A program made the translations under genes and the position numbers. The notes under the pieces were generated by a model, which saw only the letters and a list, made by a program, of their open reading frames with translations, made no database searches and was not told the DNA's origin. From positions 45,880,001 to 45,944,000 of the forward strand of contig NC_043015.1 of assembly GCF_006345805.1 (NCBI RefSeq): 64,000 nt of DNA, given 5' to 3'. Origin of the DNA: Octopus sinensis (Eukaryota). Positions within the stretch are counted from its first letter, which is position 1. Every line of letters begins with the position of its first letter. Positions 31,771-45,746 of this stretch are shown here, piece after piece.

Positions 31771-32676
31771 CTCTGAATCTCTTTCAAAGGAAAAAAAAGC
31801 ACAAAACTTCTTAAATTCCTCAACACAACAAGCAACAGCTCAAAAAACTTTGGGACTAACGCAACAAAAAATATCTAGAAATATTATATATATACCTCAA
31901 AGTAGGTTTTGATTTTTTTTTTTCTTCTTCTGGGGGGACCTGACTGTTTCCCTTGCTCCCTTTAAAAACCTGTGGTCAAAAACCATTTATTATATTTTTT
32001 TCTCCCCACCAACAGCGGATATATATATACAAATATATACATACTTTGTAGGTCTAAGTTTAAACACTAAAGTGTATATACATATATAAATATATATATA
32101 TATATATATTTATATATAATTATATACACTCGTGTGTACGTGTAGATATACATATATATATCTGTACGGTTTATATGTGATACCCAAATACTTTTTTCTG
32201 TTGCTTATAGGGCAAATTATATATATACTCAAAATTTGTGAATCGGCAAAAGAACAACGGAAAATATACTTCCTACGAAAGAAAGAAGAAATATATAATT
32301 CGAGGAACGTGGAGAAAGCGCTTTTATTTCTTATTGTCTTTTTCTTTCATGATACTTCATTGTGGAAATTCTACATTGTAACTTATCCTTGGAGAAGAGC
32401 AACCAATATTTTTTCTTGCTGTGTGTGTATATATATATATATATATATAACACGAATTTACAACCACAAGCATTACAAATACATACACCATATTTATATA
32501 TAATATATATATATATGTATATATATTATTTCCGTTGGATTAAGTGAAAGATTTGGTGATTTAGGAGTGAAAGACAAAATCGGAGGAAATACCGAAATTC
32601 CTCTAAGAAGAAAGAAAAAAAAAATTCCTTTACTATAGAAGGGGAGTTTTCTTCTGTCTCCCCCCCTTTTCCTCTA

Positions 32677-32707
<31 letters not shown>

Positions 32708-33087
32708 TATATATATAAATATATATATTTATATATATATTATATATAGTTCTATCAATCGCTAAATTTTCTTTTATATTATTCCAGTCTTTGCTGTCAC
32801 AAGTATACACACACACACGCATACATATATCAAATGTGGATTTATTACCCTTAAACTATAAAAAAGACCCCATTTAATTACATATCTTACTATTTTTTTG
32901 TCCCTTTTCTTCAATTTTCATTTCATTCTCTATTTTTTTCATGTCTAAACATAAGTAAAAATCCTTCTTCTTTTGCAAAACCTCTAAGAATCCAAAACAT
33001 CTACCAAACATTACATATATATATATATACACATTATTATTATCTATTGGAAGATAATTAAAAAAAAATTCATTATAAATAAAAAAA

Positions 33088-33211
33088 ATGGGGACTGAAA
33101 ATAATAAGAGGATCGGATTCGCCAGAGTATTTATCACAATTGTTAAAGGATAAAAAACAGTTACAGCGTTTCCGAATGTCTTTGTACACATGGAAAGACT
33201 ACTCGAAGATG
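33088..33211 (+). pseudogene. Frameshifted duplicate of QKI exon 1 (probably an assembly duplicate)
   Basis: Same sequence as 33822-33948 but with three 1-bp deletions (aataataagagg, cggattcg, ttacagcg). The frame from ATG 33088 stops after 21 codons. Also followed by GTAAGTACTAAC. Confidence 0.85.
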
Positions 33212-33821
33212 GTAAGTACTAACGCATAATCTCTATATCTATTATGTGTATATATATGTATATATATTATTTCCGTGGATTAAGTGAAAGATTTGGTGAT
33301 TGGTAGTGAAGAAAAAAATCGGAGGAAATACCGAAATTCCTTAAGAAGAAAGAAGAAAAAAAAAATTCCTTTACTATAGAAGGGGAGTTTTCTTCTGTCT
33401 CCCCCCCTTTTCCTCTACACACTACACACAACAACACACACACACACTATATATATAAATATATTATTTAATATAATATGATAGTTCTATCAATCGCTAA
33501 ATTTTCTTTTATATTATTCCAGTCTTGCTGCACAAGTATACACACACACACGCAAAACATATATCAAATGTGGATTTATTACCCTTAAACTATAAAAAAG
33601 ACCCCATTTAATTACATATCTTACTATTTTTTTGTCCCTTTTCTTCAATTTTCATTTCATTTTCTATTTTTTTCATGTCTAAACATAAGTAAAAACCCTT
33701 CTTCTTTTGCAAAACCTCTAAGAATCCAAAACATCTACCAAACATTACATATATATATATACACATTATTATTATCTAATTGGAAGATAATTAAAAAAAA
33801 ATTCATTATAAATAAAAAAAA

Positions 33822-33948
33822 ATGGGGACTGAAAATAATAAAGAGGATCGGAATTCGCCAGAGTATTTATCACAATTGTTAAAGGATAAAAAACAGTTAC
33901 AGGCGTTTCCGAATGTCTTTGTACACATGGAAAGACTACTCGAAGATG
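33822..33948 (+). CDS. QKI: First coding exon of a Quaking/held-out-wings (STAR/GSG RNA-binding protein) gene, QUA1 dimerisation domain; ends in a phase-1 intron
   Basis: ATG at 33822 reads MGTENNKEDRNSPEYLSQLLKDKKQLQAFPNVFVHMERLLED+G (127 nt = 42 codons + 1), followed by GTAAGT at 33949. It matches QUA1 as I recall it from Drosophila How (DYLAQLLKDRKQLAAFPNVFTHVERLLDEE) and human QKI (PDYLMQLMNDKK...HLERLLDEE). From memory, human QKI exon 1 ends at the same phase-1 position. The ORF track misses it because it is under 60 aa. Exon 2 was not recognised in the window. Confidence 0.92.
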
Positions 33949-33967
33949 GTAAGTACTAACGCATAAT
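33949..33967 (+). promoter_or_regulatory. 5' splice donor followed by a bipartite Quaking response element (NACUAAY + UAAY half-site)
   Basis: GTAAGT 33949-33954, TACTAAC 33954-33960, TAAT 33964-33967. The donor is secure; the QRE function is inferred from motif match only. Confidence 0.6.
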
Positions 33968-34280
33968 CTCTATATCTATATATGTGTATATATATGTATA
34001 TGTATTTGTGTATGTATATATGTATTTGTGTGTGTGTGTGTATTGGTGTAAATTTGTTTGTGTTTTTTTTTGTAATTGACTTATTGGAACTTGGTGCCGA
34101 GTTTTTTTTTTTCTTGGTTTGTTTTTTTTTTCGCTTTAGCGGTTTTTATTTCTTCCTTTGCTCTCTTTTTCTCTTTCTCTCTCTCGCGCGCGCACGCGTG
34201 TGTGTTTTATGAACTATATATACGTGTTGGATTAGTTTCTATGCTCTGAGTTAGCTTGCGTGTGTGTGTGTGTGCTGTAT

Positions 34281-34311
<31 letters not shown>

Positions 34312-34617
34312 CTGTTAGCTTGTGTGTGTGTGTGCGCTGTGTTGGCTTGTGTGTGTGTGTGCTATGTTACAGTTTGTGTGTGTGTGTGCTGTATTAGTTT
34401 GCGTGTGTGCTATGTTAGCATGTGTGTGTATACTGTATTAGCTTGTTTGTGTGTGTGCTGTATTAGTTTGCGTGTGTGCTGTATTACCTTGTGTGTGTGT
34501 GTTCTGTATTAGCTTGCTTGTGTGTGATGTTTGTGTGTGTGTGTTACCTTGTTTGTGCATTTTTAAAAACCTTTGTGTGTATTAGTACTTTAGCTTCTGC
34601 GTGTGTGTGTGTGTGTG

Positions 34618-34654
<37 letters not shown>

Positions 34655-35149
34655 TCTGTCTACACGTATGTATATCATGTAGTAGTATGCCATTTACTTA
34701 CAATACACACACGAGTTTATAACATTTACTGTTAAAATATCGAATCAGAATATTAACTAGCGTGGTGGACTGCGTGTATATAATATACACACACACACAA
34801 GTTCACTATGAATTTTATATAAGTGCAGTATATTTGTGATACACAAATATTTTGTAAGTTTTAGTATTTAGCCCCATGTCTGTCTTAATCGGACAGACCT
34901 GTGATAGAAGTTATTCTGTCCATGTCCATCCTGTCGACTAAGGGATACGTACGTGTTTTATCCGTGTGCGTTTTGGAGAAGATTTGACTGCTATTTCTGG
35001 CAGGTGGAGCTGGAGACCTCCTTCTTTGACCCGCCGTGGTTCAGTGTTTGTGGCTAAACTTAGTGCTTGTTTCATGCTGTCTGACCTGAAATGCCAACAA
35101 ACTTTGGCCCAGATGTTTATTGCCTAAGTGCTCTGAACAATAACGTGTT

Positions 35150-35474
35150 TATATATAGTTGTGTATGTATATATATGTGTTCATATATGTATGTATGTAT
35201 GTATATGTGTTCATATACGTATGTATGTATGTATATATATATATGTGTTTATGTATATATGTGTTTATGTATATATGTGTGTTTATGTATATATGTGTGT
35301 TTATGTATATATGTGTGTTTATGTATATATGTGTGTTTATGTATATATGTGTGTTTATGTATATATATGTGTTTATGTATATATATATGGTGTGTTATTA
35401 GTGTATATATATGATGGTGTTTATATATATATATGGTTTATGTATATATATGTGTTTATGTATATATACATATC

Positions 35475-35519
<45 letters not shown>

Positions 35520-35560
35520 CATATCGATGTATATATATTATATATATATATATACATATC

Positions 35561-35601
<41 letters not shown>

Positions 35602-35602
35602 C

Positions 35603-35639
<37 letters not shown>

Positions 35640-35733
35640 CGATGTTATATATATAATATATATATATATATAATACATATCGATGTATATATATATATAT
35701 ATATATTATATATACATATCGATGTATATATAC

Positions 35734-35764
<31 letters not shown>

Positions 35765-37350
35765 CGATGTATATATATATATTAATATATTCTATATATA
35801 CATATCGATGTATATATATAGTATATATATATATATATATATACATATCGATATATATATATATATATACATATCGATATATATATATATATACATATCG
35901 ATATATACATATATATACATATATATACATATATATACATATATACATATATAGATATATATATATAATATACAATTATACTATATAGATATATATATAT
36001 ATAATACATATATATACATATATAGATATATATATATATATACATATATATACATATTAATAATATAATTATATATAATGATATACATATATAAATATAT
36101 ATACATATAAGATTATATATATATATATACATATATATACATATATAAAGATATATAATATATATAGACATATATAATATATATATATATATACATATAT
36201 ATACATATATAAATATAATATATATAAATATATATACCATAAGAAATATAGATATATATATACATTATATACAACCGATATAACTATATATATATGATAC
36301 ATTATATATCACTATAAATAGATATATATATACATATATATACCTAGATAAATATGATATATATAATATATATATACAGATAAAATAGTATATATATATA
36401 TACATAGAGAGGGTAGTATAATAATATATATATATATATACATATATATACATATCGAATATATATACATATATAAATATATATATATATTACCATATAT
36501 ATACATATATAAATATATATATATATATACATATATATACATAGATAAATAATATATATATAACATATATATACATATAGATACTATGATACAATCTATA
36601 CATATATAAATAGATATCTATATATATATATACTACATATATATACATATATAAATATATATAATATATATATATATATATACATATATACATATATAAA
36701 TATATATATATATATACATATATATACATATATATATATATAATATATATATATATATATCCATACATATATACATATAAATAATATATAATATACATAT
36801 ATATACATATATACATATATAAACATATATAAAATATATATATATATACATATATATACATATATAAATATATATATATATATACATATATAACATATTA
36901 AATATATATATATATATACATATATATACATATATAAATATATATATTATATATACATATATAAATATCTATACATATATATACATATATAATATATATA
37001 TATATATACCATATATATACATATATAAAATATATATATATAATACATATATATACATATTATAAATATATATACTATATAAATATATATCCTATATCTA
37101 CAATATATATACTATATAACTATCTTATATAGATACATATATTAACTATATCTATTCTATACATATATATACATATATAAATATATATATATATACATAT
37201 ATATACATATATAAATATATATATATATACATATATATACATATATAAATATTTATATAATATACATATATATACATATATAAATCTATATTATATAGAT
37301 TATACATATATATACATATATAAATATATATATATATATCCATATATCAT

Positions 37351-37381
<31 letters not shown>

Positions 37382-37730
37382 TATCATATATAAATATACT
37401 ATATATATACATATATATACATATATAAATATATATAATCATACATATCATATATGCATATATATAAATATATATATATGCCTACATATATATGCATATA
37501 TATATGCATACATATATAACACTATATATATACATATATATATAAATATATATATATGCATACATATATATGCATATATATATGCATACATATATACATA
37601 TATATATACATATATATACATATATGCATACATATATATATATGCATATATATATGCATATATATATACATATATAGTGTTCATATATGTATATATAGTT
37701 ATGTTATATATATATTTATATATATATACA
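35150..37730. repeat. ~2.6-kb (TA)n-rich compound microsatellite with derived motifs (ACATATCGATG etc.)
   Basis: Direct inspection. Confidence 0.95.
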
Positions 37731-38570
37731 CAATTGTACAAATATGCCTTCTGTCTATCTCGTGTGTGTGTGTGTATACAAGATTAATTCTTGATTTAAT
37801 GGAATCTCTCAGCTGCCACAGAGGGCAGACGAATATATATATATATATATATACACATACATAAGTGCCTCATATATATATACCTACATATGAGGGCGTG
37901 TTGTGTATATATATATATATATACATACACACACTTCATACTCTTACGTCTAATATACACACACACACACACACACAAAAGAACATAGAAAGTCAAACAT
38001 GGCTATACACAACTTAGCAAGTTGAATTCCTAAGAAATGTTTAATTTCCGCTTTCCCATTATCATTAACAAGGAAAAACCTTGCTGTCTTCTTTAAATTG
38101 TGTAAAAATGTCCTGCCAGAAAATGGTAATAGAGGCCAAATAGATAATATTGAGGTCTTGTGAGAATCTTTTAAGCTTTTTTATTGTGGAACTTCTTAAA
38201 AACATAATTTTGGATCATGGTAAAAACTTTCGGCACAGAATGTTTCTCAACTTTGTTGGCGATGTGTGTATGGTTGTATCTAGATGTATGTATGCATGTG
38301 TGTGTGTGTGTGTGTGTGTACATGTCTGTTTCTTAAATGAATCAGGCTTTATAATCATGGACTTCAGAATCTATATAGTGTATATATACATTATACACAC
38401 CTCGACATATAAGCTATAAGTTGAGTTATGACTAGTATCTCTCTTTCTCTGTATGTGTGTGTATAATATATATACATTTATCTCTCTCTCTATATATATA
38501 TATATATATACACCACACACACACATATATCTCTCTAGATATATATATATACACACACACACACATCTAG

Positions 38571-38608
<38 letters not shown>

Positions 38609-39306
38609 CTATATATATCTCTAGAGATATATATACACACACACATCTATATATAAATATATAGTTCCACGTGCCTGAGGGTGTTTGAGTGTGTATAGAA
38701 ATTTATACACATTTGTGCTAATGCCGTATTTAAGCCTTTGTGCATCCTGTGTCTTCTGTTCATGGCACACACACAACACACACACACAGATACACAAAAG
38801 ACAAAATTCCAACCAAAACTGGCGATCCAACTTATGTGGGACACCTATTCCGAAAGTCTGTGCGTAGATATGAAATCAGTTGGTTAGGGGGAAAAAAGCA
38901 CTCTGATTATATTTATTTGTTAGGCAGTATATATATTTTTTAGTCTAAATTTATTTGTCATAACCAGGAATAATACTGATGAACAATATATATACACACA
39001 GAACTAGCGTGTACATCATTGCTCAACAGTATATTTCTGGTTATGCCAAATAAAGTTGGTCAGAAATACACTGCTTGACAATATATAAATAAAACTGCTC
39101 TGTTTTTCTTCTAAGGTGTTGTAATCTTTTCCTGACCAACGGACAACCGACTTATCTATATATGTGTGTGTGTATTTATGTGTGTGTGTATTTATGTGTG
39201 TGTATATATATATATATATATGTGTGTGTGTATATATTTGTGTGTGTATATGTGTGTGTGTATATATGTGTGTGTGTATATGTGTGTGTATATGTGTGTG
39301 TGTGTA

Positions 39307-39337
<31 letters not shown>

Positions 39338-40689
39338 ATATATGTGTGTGTGTGTGTGTATATGTATGTGTGTATATGTATGTCTGTATATGTATGTGTG
39401 TATATGTATGTGTGTATATGTATGTGTGTATATGTATGTGTGGATATGTATTGTGTGTATATGTATGTGTGTGTATATATGTGTATATATATATATATGT
39501 GTGTGTGTATATATGTGTGTGGTGTGAATCTTGTGTGGTGTGTGTATATGTGTGTGTATGTGTGTGGTGTGTGTGTGTATATGTGTGGTGTGGTGTATGT
39601 GTGTGTGTGTGTGTGGTATATGTGTGGGTGTGTGGTAATATATGTGGTGTATATATATATATATGTTTGTGTGTATGTGGAGTTGTTTGCGTATACAAAA
39701 ACGGTCTTGTGAATGCTGTACAAGTCTAAAGTGAAAACTTTGTTCCTAATTATAAGACAAACCAGTGTCTGGTTTGCTGATATATATATATATATATATA
39801 TATCGCATATACATGCTTGTGTATATACGCGCCACATGTATACACTCGCAAGCCCGCGTGCACATGTATGTATATGCATGCCTATAAGAAACACCAAGTT
39901 TGATTTTTTAAAATTTCTTTGCCATGTGATTATAGGGTGCGGCGGTGTTGTTTAATTAACCCCTAGTTACCCCAGGAGATATGACAAATGGCGTTCCAAC
40001 CGTGGTCCTCACATATTTGTCTCCTTCGTTTTCTTTTCGAAGACTGTCTGGCATGAGGTGTGAGGTTAATTAAACTGCTATTTCTAACAACCAGTACGAA
40101 CATGGTTAGAAAAAGGCTCTCTGAAGAGAGAAAAGGAGGGCCCCTGCCTGCAATCGAGATTCGATCCTCAGTTGGAGGCCATTAAAATTGCGGTTTAAAG
40201 TTTGCTGAAGTTTGCATTTTCTGACGCAAAATATTTAGTCAGAAGTTGTTATCCTCATCTCCATAGATGAGGATAAAATTTTTTTTAAAAAGCCAGCTCT
40301 ACAATTATTGTATGTAAATAAATGGTGCCTTGTAAAGGAATCCGTAAAATTGTGTTGGCAAACATCTCTGCGTCGCATACCTCTATCATATTACATGCAC
40401 ACACATAAGGGTATATATACGTGTGTGTAGTGTTTCAGATATTACACACGCGTGTGTACATTCTCTATCTTACACACACATGCTTGTGTGTAGTGTTATA
40501 TGTGGGTGTGTAATGTGTATGTAGTGTATATACAAAATATATGCGTTTCATAATAGACGTAACTATGTAGATATATGTATATGTAAGTGTATAAAGTATA
40601 GTGTGGTATATATATATATATATGTGTGTACATAAGTATCATATATGTGATATAGATATAGGAAACATTGTATATGTGCGTGTTATGTA

Positions 40690-41665
40690 TTTGTATGTAT
40701 ATATATATATATATATATACATATAAACATATATATATACATATAAACATATATATATACATATAAACATATATATATACATATAAACATATATATATAC
40801 ATATAAACATATATATATACATATAGACATATATATATACATATAGACATATATATATACATATAGACATATATATATACATATAGACATATATATATAC
40901 ATAGACATATATATATACATATAGACATACGCACATACATATAGACATGTATACGCACATACATATAGACATGTATACGCACATACATATAGACATGTAT
41001 ACACACATACATATAGACATGTATACACACATACATATAGACATGTATACACACATACATATAGACATGTATACACACATATAGACATGTATACACACAT
41101 ACATATAGACATGTATACACACATACATATAGATATGTATACACACATACATATAGACATGTATACACACATACATATAGACATGTATACACACATACAT
41201 ATAGACATGTATACACACATACATATAGACATGTATACACACATACATATAGACATGTATACACACATACATATAGACATGTATACACACATACATATAG
41301 ACATGTATACACACATACATATAGACATGTATACACACATACATATAGACATGTATACACACATACATATAGACATGTATACACACATACATATAGGCAT
41401 GTATACACACATACATATAGGCATGTATACACACATACATATAGGCATGTATACACACACATATAGGCATATATACACATACATATAGGCATATATACAC
41501 ATATACATATAGGCATATATACACATATACATATAGGCATATATACACATATACATATAGGCATATACACACATATACATATAGGCATATACACACATAT
41601 ACATATAGGCATATACACACATATACATATAGGCATATACACACACACACACACATACATATAGG

Positions 41666-41703
<38 letters not shown>

Positions 41704-41878
41704 TATAGGCATATACACACACACACACACACACATACATATAGGCATATACACACACACACACACATACATATAGGCATATACACACACACACACACAC
41801 ACATACATATAGGCATATACACACACACACACACACATACATATAGGCATATACACACACACACACACATATACATAG
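40690..41878 (+). repeat. Compound 20-22-bp minisatellite grading along its length (ATATAAACAT > ATAGACATGT > ATAGGCAT)
   Basis: Direct inspection. Confidence 0.92.
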
Positions 41879-41883
41879 GCATT

Positions 41884-41968
41884 TTTGTTTGTCTTAATAA
41901 CTGACGAGGTGCCGGAACAGATTTCTGCCCCGACATCCGAAACTCGGAGTTTTATTATGGCAACCGAA
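41884..41968 (+). ncRNA. Type-I hammerhead ribozyme, sense within presumed QKI intron 1
   Basis: TTAATAA CTGACGA GG TGCCGG aa CAGA tt TCTG cc CCGACA T CC GAAA CT-CGG-AG T T TTATTA. Intact core, G10.1-C11.1 pair, helix I of 6 perfect bp extending to ~15/17, helix III ACT/AGT, GUU site at 41949-41951. Confidence 0.8.
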
Positions 41969-42429
41969 TAATTGTCACATTTTATATTACGGATAAATTC
42001 CTCTATTTTACATAATAACGAGGACTCATTCAATCTTTTGTTTTCATACTATTATTAATATATACACATATATACACATATACATACATAATATATACAT
42101 GTCACACACATATATATGTATATATATATATATAATATATATATATATTATATATATATATATATATATAATGCATGAAATGCTTGGTGTAATATTTGTG
42201 GTATAGATATGAATTATGTACAGGTTTAATGTCTTAGTGAAGAATCTCTGCTTTCACCAAATCAATATTTCCTGAAACAATATTTAAAATTTTCGAATAT
42301 TGTATTTTGGAAGAAATGCCTTAGATTTAGCCATTAGCAAGGAATCTTTTCTAAAAGCTTAAATCTGTGAAATCTTGCTCAACAGTTGTACCTAACTGTA
42401 TCAGGTGTGTATGTATGTATGTATATATA

Positions 42430-42870
42430 TATATACTTGCAACATGTGTATGTGTGTGTGTATATGTATATATATATATATATACTTGCAACATGTGTAT
42501 GTATGTATATATATATATATATATACTTGCAATATGTGTATGCAGATATATAATATATATATATACACATGTTCACTATATATATACTTGCAATATGTGT
42601 ATGCAGATATATAATATATATATACACATGTTCACTATATATATACTTGCAATATGTGTATGCAGATATATAATATATATATACACATGTTCACTATATA
42701 TATACTTGCAATATGTGTATGCAGATATATTATATATATATACACATGTTCACTATATATATACTTGCAATATGTGTATGCAGATATATAATATATATAT
42801 ACACATGTTCACTATATATATACTTGCAACATGTGTATGCAGATGATATATAATATATATATACATATGT
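42430..42870 (+). repeat. ~57-bp minisatellite (ATACTTGCAATATGTGTATGCAGA...CACATGTTCACT), about 6 full copies
   Basis: Direct inspection. Confidence 0.9.
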
Positions 42871-43066
42871 TCACTATGTGTATGTGTGCAATATAGATGT
42901 TGTGCATCTATGTATGTGTAAAATATGAATTTACTTATATAGATACGTTTGTAATGTTATATATATGTATATACATACATACATACATCATACATACATG
43001 CATACACTCACACAGATCGACGCACCCGTCAATTAACACACTTATGTGTGAAATTATATTTAGGTG

Positions 43067-43104
<38 letters not shown>

Positions 43105-43893
43105 TCGTAGTAATATGTATATACGAAATAATTCCGATATATATGTAGCGCTCATAATCAATTCGTTCGTTAAATAACTTCAATTACTCGCGCCTATTCG
43201 AGTGTGTGTCTTCATGAGAACTTCAAAAATTCAGGTGTATAAATTATTATAAATACACATTTTGTATCACATACAAAGTACTACTTGTGTATATTTTTTG
43301 AAATAACCATGAACATCCTTGTGTTTCAAGTTTTATCAACTTCGGTTATTCGTTTTATAATATAAAAAGCTTAATAAACTTTTTGATAATTCAGCAAATG
43401 ATTACGTATGTAGTTTTCAAATTACAGACACATATTCGTCTGTCGGTTAATTTTCTGTTTTGTTTTTTAAATGTCGATTTTATTTATATATATATCGTTT
43501 ATTCATTATCGGAAACTTTTATAGAAGTTTGAAAAAGATTCTTTGTAGATCTTATTTCATTTGGACTTTTTTTCTAAGTTTTCACACATCCCTAAAAGTT
43601 TTAGATATAACTTTAATACAATTTAATCATTATCTAATATATATTTGTGTATTTGGTGTAAAGAAATAACTTTTTTCTATTAAAACTTTCAGTAAATCTC
43701 TGGTTACCACTCGTCCCATCACCTTGTTTGCTCTCATTATCTTTAAGTTTTAGATATAACTTTAATACAATTTAATCATTATCTAATAAAATTTACACAG
43801 ACGTATGAATTGGCATAGTTTCGGTTGTAGTAGAAACTTCGCCATATGAATTTGTATGTGTATATATACATATATATATATAGTGTATGTATG

Positions 43894-43929
<36 letters not shown>

Positions 43930-43970
43930 TGTTAGAAGTATTGGGGGTGATGTACAGATTTAATACATAT

Positions 43971-44110
43971 GAAAGAAAAAAAGGTATTCAGAATGCTGGA
44001 TGGTCGTAAAAATATATATTTATTTATATATCACATTATTTCTTCATGTAATATGTAAATAAATATATATTTTTACAACCATCCAGTATTCTGAAAACCT
44101 TTTTTCTTTT
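43971..44110. repeat. ~55-bp-arm imperfect palindrome
   Basis: aaggtattcagaatgctggatggtcgtaaaaatatatatttattta / taaataaatatatatttttacaaccatccagtattctgaaaacctt. Confidence 0.88.
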
Positions 44111-45746
44111 ATATATATATATAATATATATATAAATCTTACAAAGTTTGCTACACATGAGTGGCAGCCATTTTGAAATTGTTTTCTCTCTCTTTCTACC
44201 TTATTTCTCCTCCTCTCTCTCTGTTCCCCTCCCTCCTGTCTTTCTTTTTCTTGTTCTGTCTTTACCTCTCTCTCTCTCTCTCTCTCTCTTTACCTTATTT
44301 CTCCTCCTCTCTGTTCCCCTCCCTCCTGGCTTACTTTCTTTTTCTTCTGTCTCATCCTCTCTCTATTTCTTCCTTATTTCTTCTCCTCTCTCTCTGTTCC
44401 CTCCCTGTCTTACTTTTTCTTCTGTCTTTACCTCTCTCTCTTTATTCCTCATGTCTGTCTTTTTCTTATTCTGTCTTTACCATCCTTCCCCCCTCTCTCT
44501 CTCTTTACCGATGTATCTTTCTTCTTCCTCCTTCTCCTCCTCCTCCCATCTCTATGTGAACTAAGCGTGATTAACTTGCCTGACAGCATTTTATTTTTCT
44601 TCTTTTACCGTCTAATAAACACTCCTTAAGTTTTTTTGTGTCGGTATGTGAGACTGATTGTTATCCGTGTGTGTGTATAAAATACATATATATATTTATA
44701 TATGTATGTATGGGAAAAGAGGTGTTTCGAAATATATATTTGTGTGTTTGGTGTAAAGAAGCAACTTTTTTTCTTTCTATTATAAAACTTTTAGTAAATC
44801 TCGGGTTGCCATTCGTCCCATCACCTTGTTTGCTCTCATTATCTTTAATCAACTTTAATTAATTTGCCTTCAATGTTTGGAGATTTGCGTCTCTGTTTTC
44901 TCCTTGTAAAATTTATCTTTTTTTTTCTAGGACTATACAGTAATTGTGTATATAATATATATATATATATATATATATTCCACAGGGAGTGTGTCTGTGT
45001 GAAAAAATATGGTGGTATCTGTGTGCATATTTTCAAACACGGACACACTCACTGTTTAATTGTGTGTGTCTTCTTCTTTCAGAAAGAAATATAAAGGCCC
45101 TATTCTTTCCTTATCTTCGTACTTCCTAGCACTTTTTTTCTCAATGCTTTCTTGATATCTTTTATGTATTGCTTTGCTTGCTTGCTCTACTCTGAGACCT
45201 TTCTTTTCTACCCTCTGGTTTCACTATCTTTTATATAAAAACTTTTTTCACACCCTGTCGCTCTCTCTATTACACATTCCGCGGCCTTGCTCGATGAAAT
45301 TCCTCTTGACATTAATAAGAATTCGTAAATCTGTCTCTCCTTTCATTTTATCACGCTTATTTATGCTTTCCGCCGTAACACCAGACCAGCTCTGATCAAA
45401 GAGGTTTCCAATTCTGGCCACCACAGCCTTCTCCTGGCCAGTGCATATTATCAAGGACAATTTTAGCTGTGTACTTTTTATGGATATCTATCTGTTGTCT
45501 CTAACAGGTCGAGCGACCGACCACGAAGATGTTTGTTTTTCTTCGTTAGCACGTCCCAACTCTTCTAATCAAGCCTACGATCCAAAGACATTGAGGCCGT
45601 GACCAGTACCAGTTTCCAACTGGGGTCGATGTAATCGACTTAATCCCTTTGTCTGTCCTTGTTTGTCCCGTCTATGTTTAGCCCCTTGTGGGCAGTAAAG
45701 AAATACATTCTACTTTTAAAGGATGTTAAGTTAAATCAAAGGTTAA

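Larger units (their letters stand above)
32515..33995 (+). repeat. ~740-bp near-identical tandem duplication covering the QKI 5'UTR and exon 1
   Basis: 32515-33250 and 33250-33995 align end to end, differing mostly by 1-bp indels. The junction lies in a TA/TG microsatellite. Confidence 0.95.

Noticed and set aside
33927-33948. MERLLED as the protein start
   Set aside because: The frame is open to the upstream ATG at 33822 and includes conserved QUA1 residues.
35091-37864. Dense Tyr/Ile ORFs
   Set aside because: (TA)n-derived low complexity.
40496-42033. ORFs of 417-464 aa on the minus strand
   Set aside because: Translations of a TA/CA minisatellite lacking stop codons (Y/I/C/V/M repeats); no domain.
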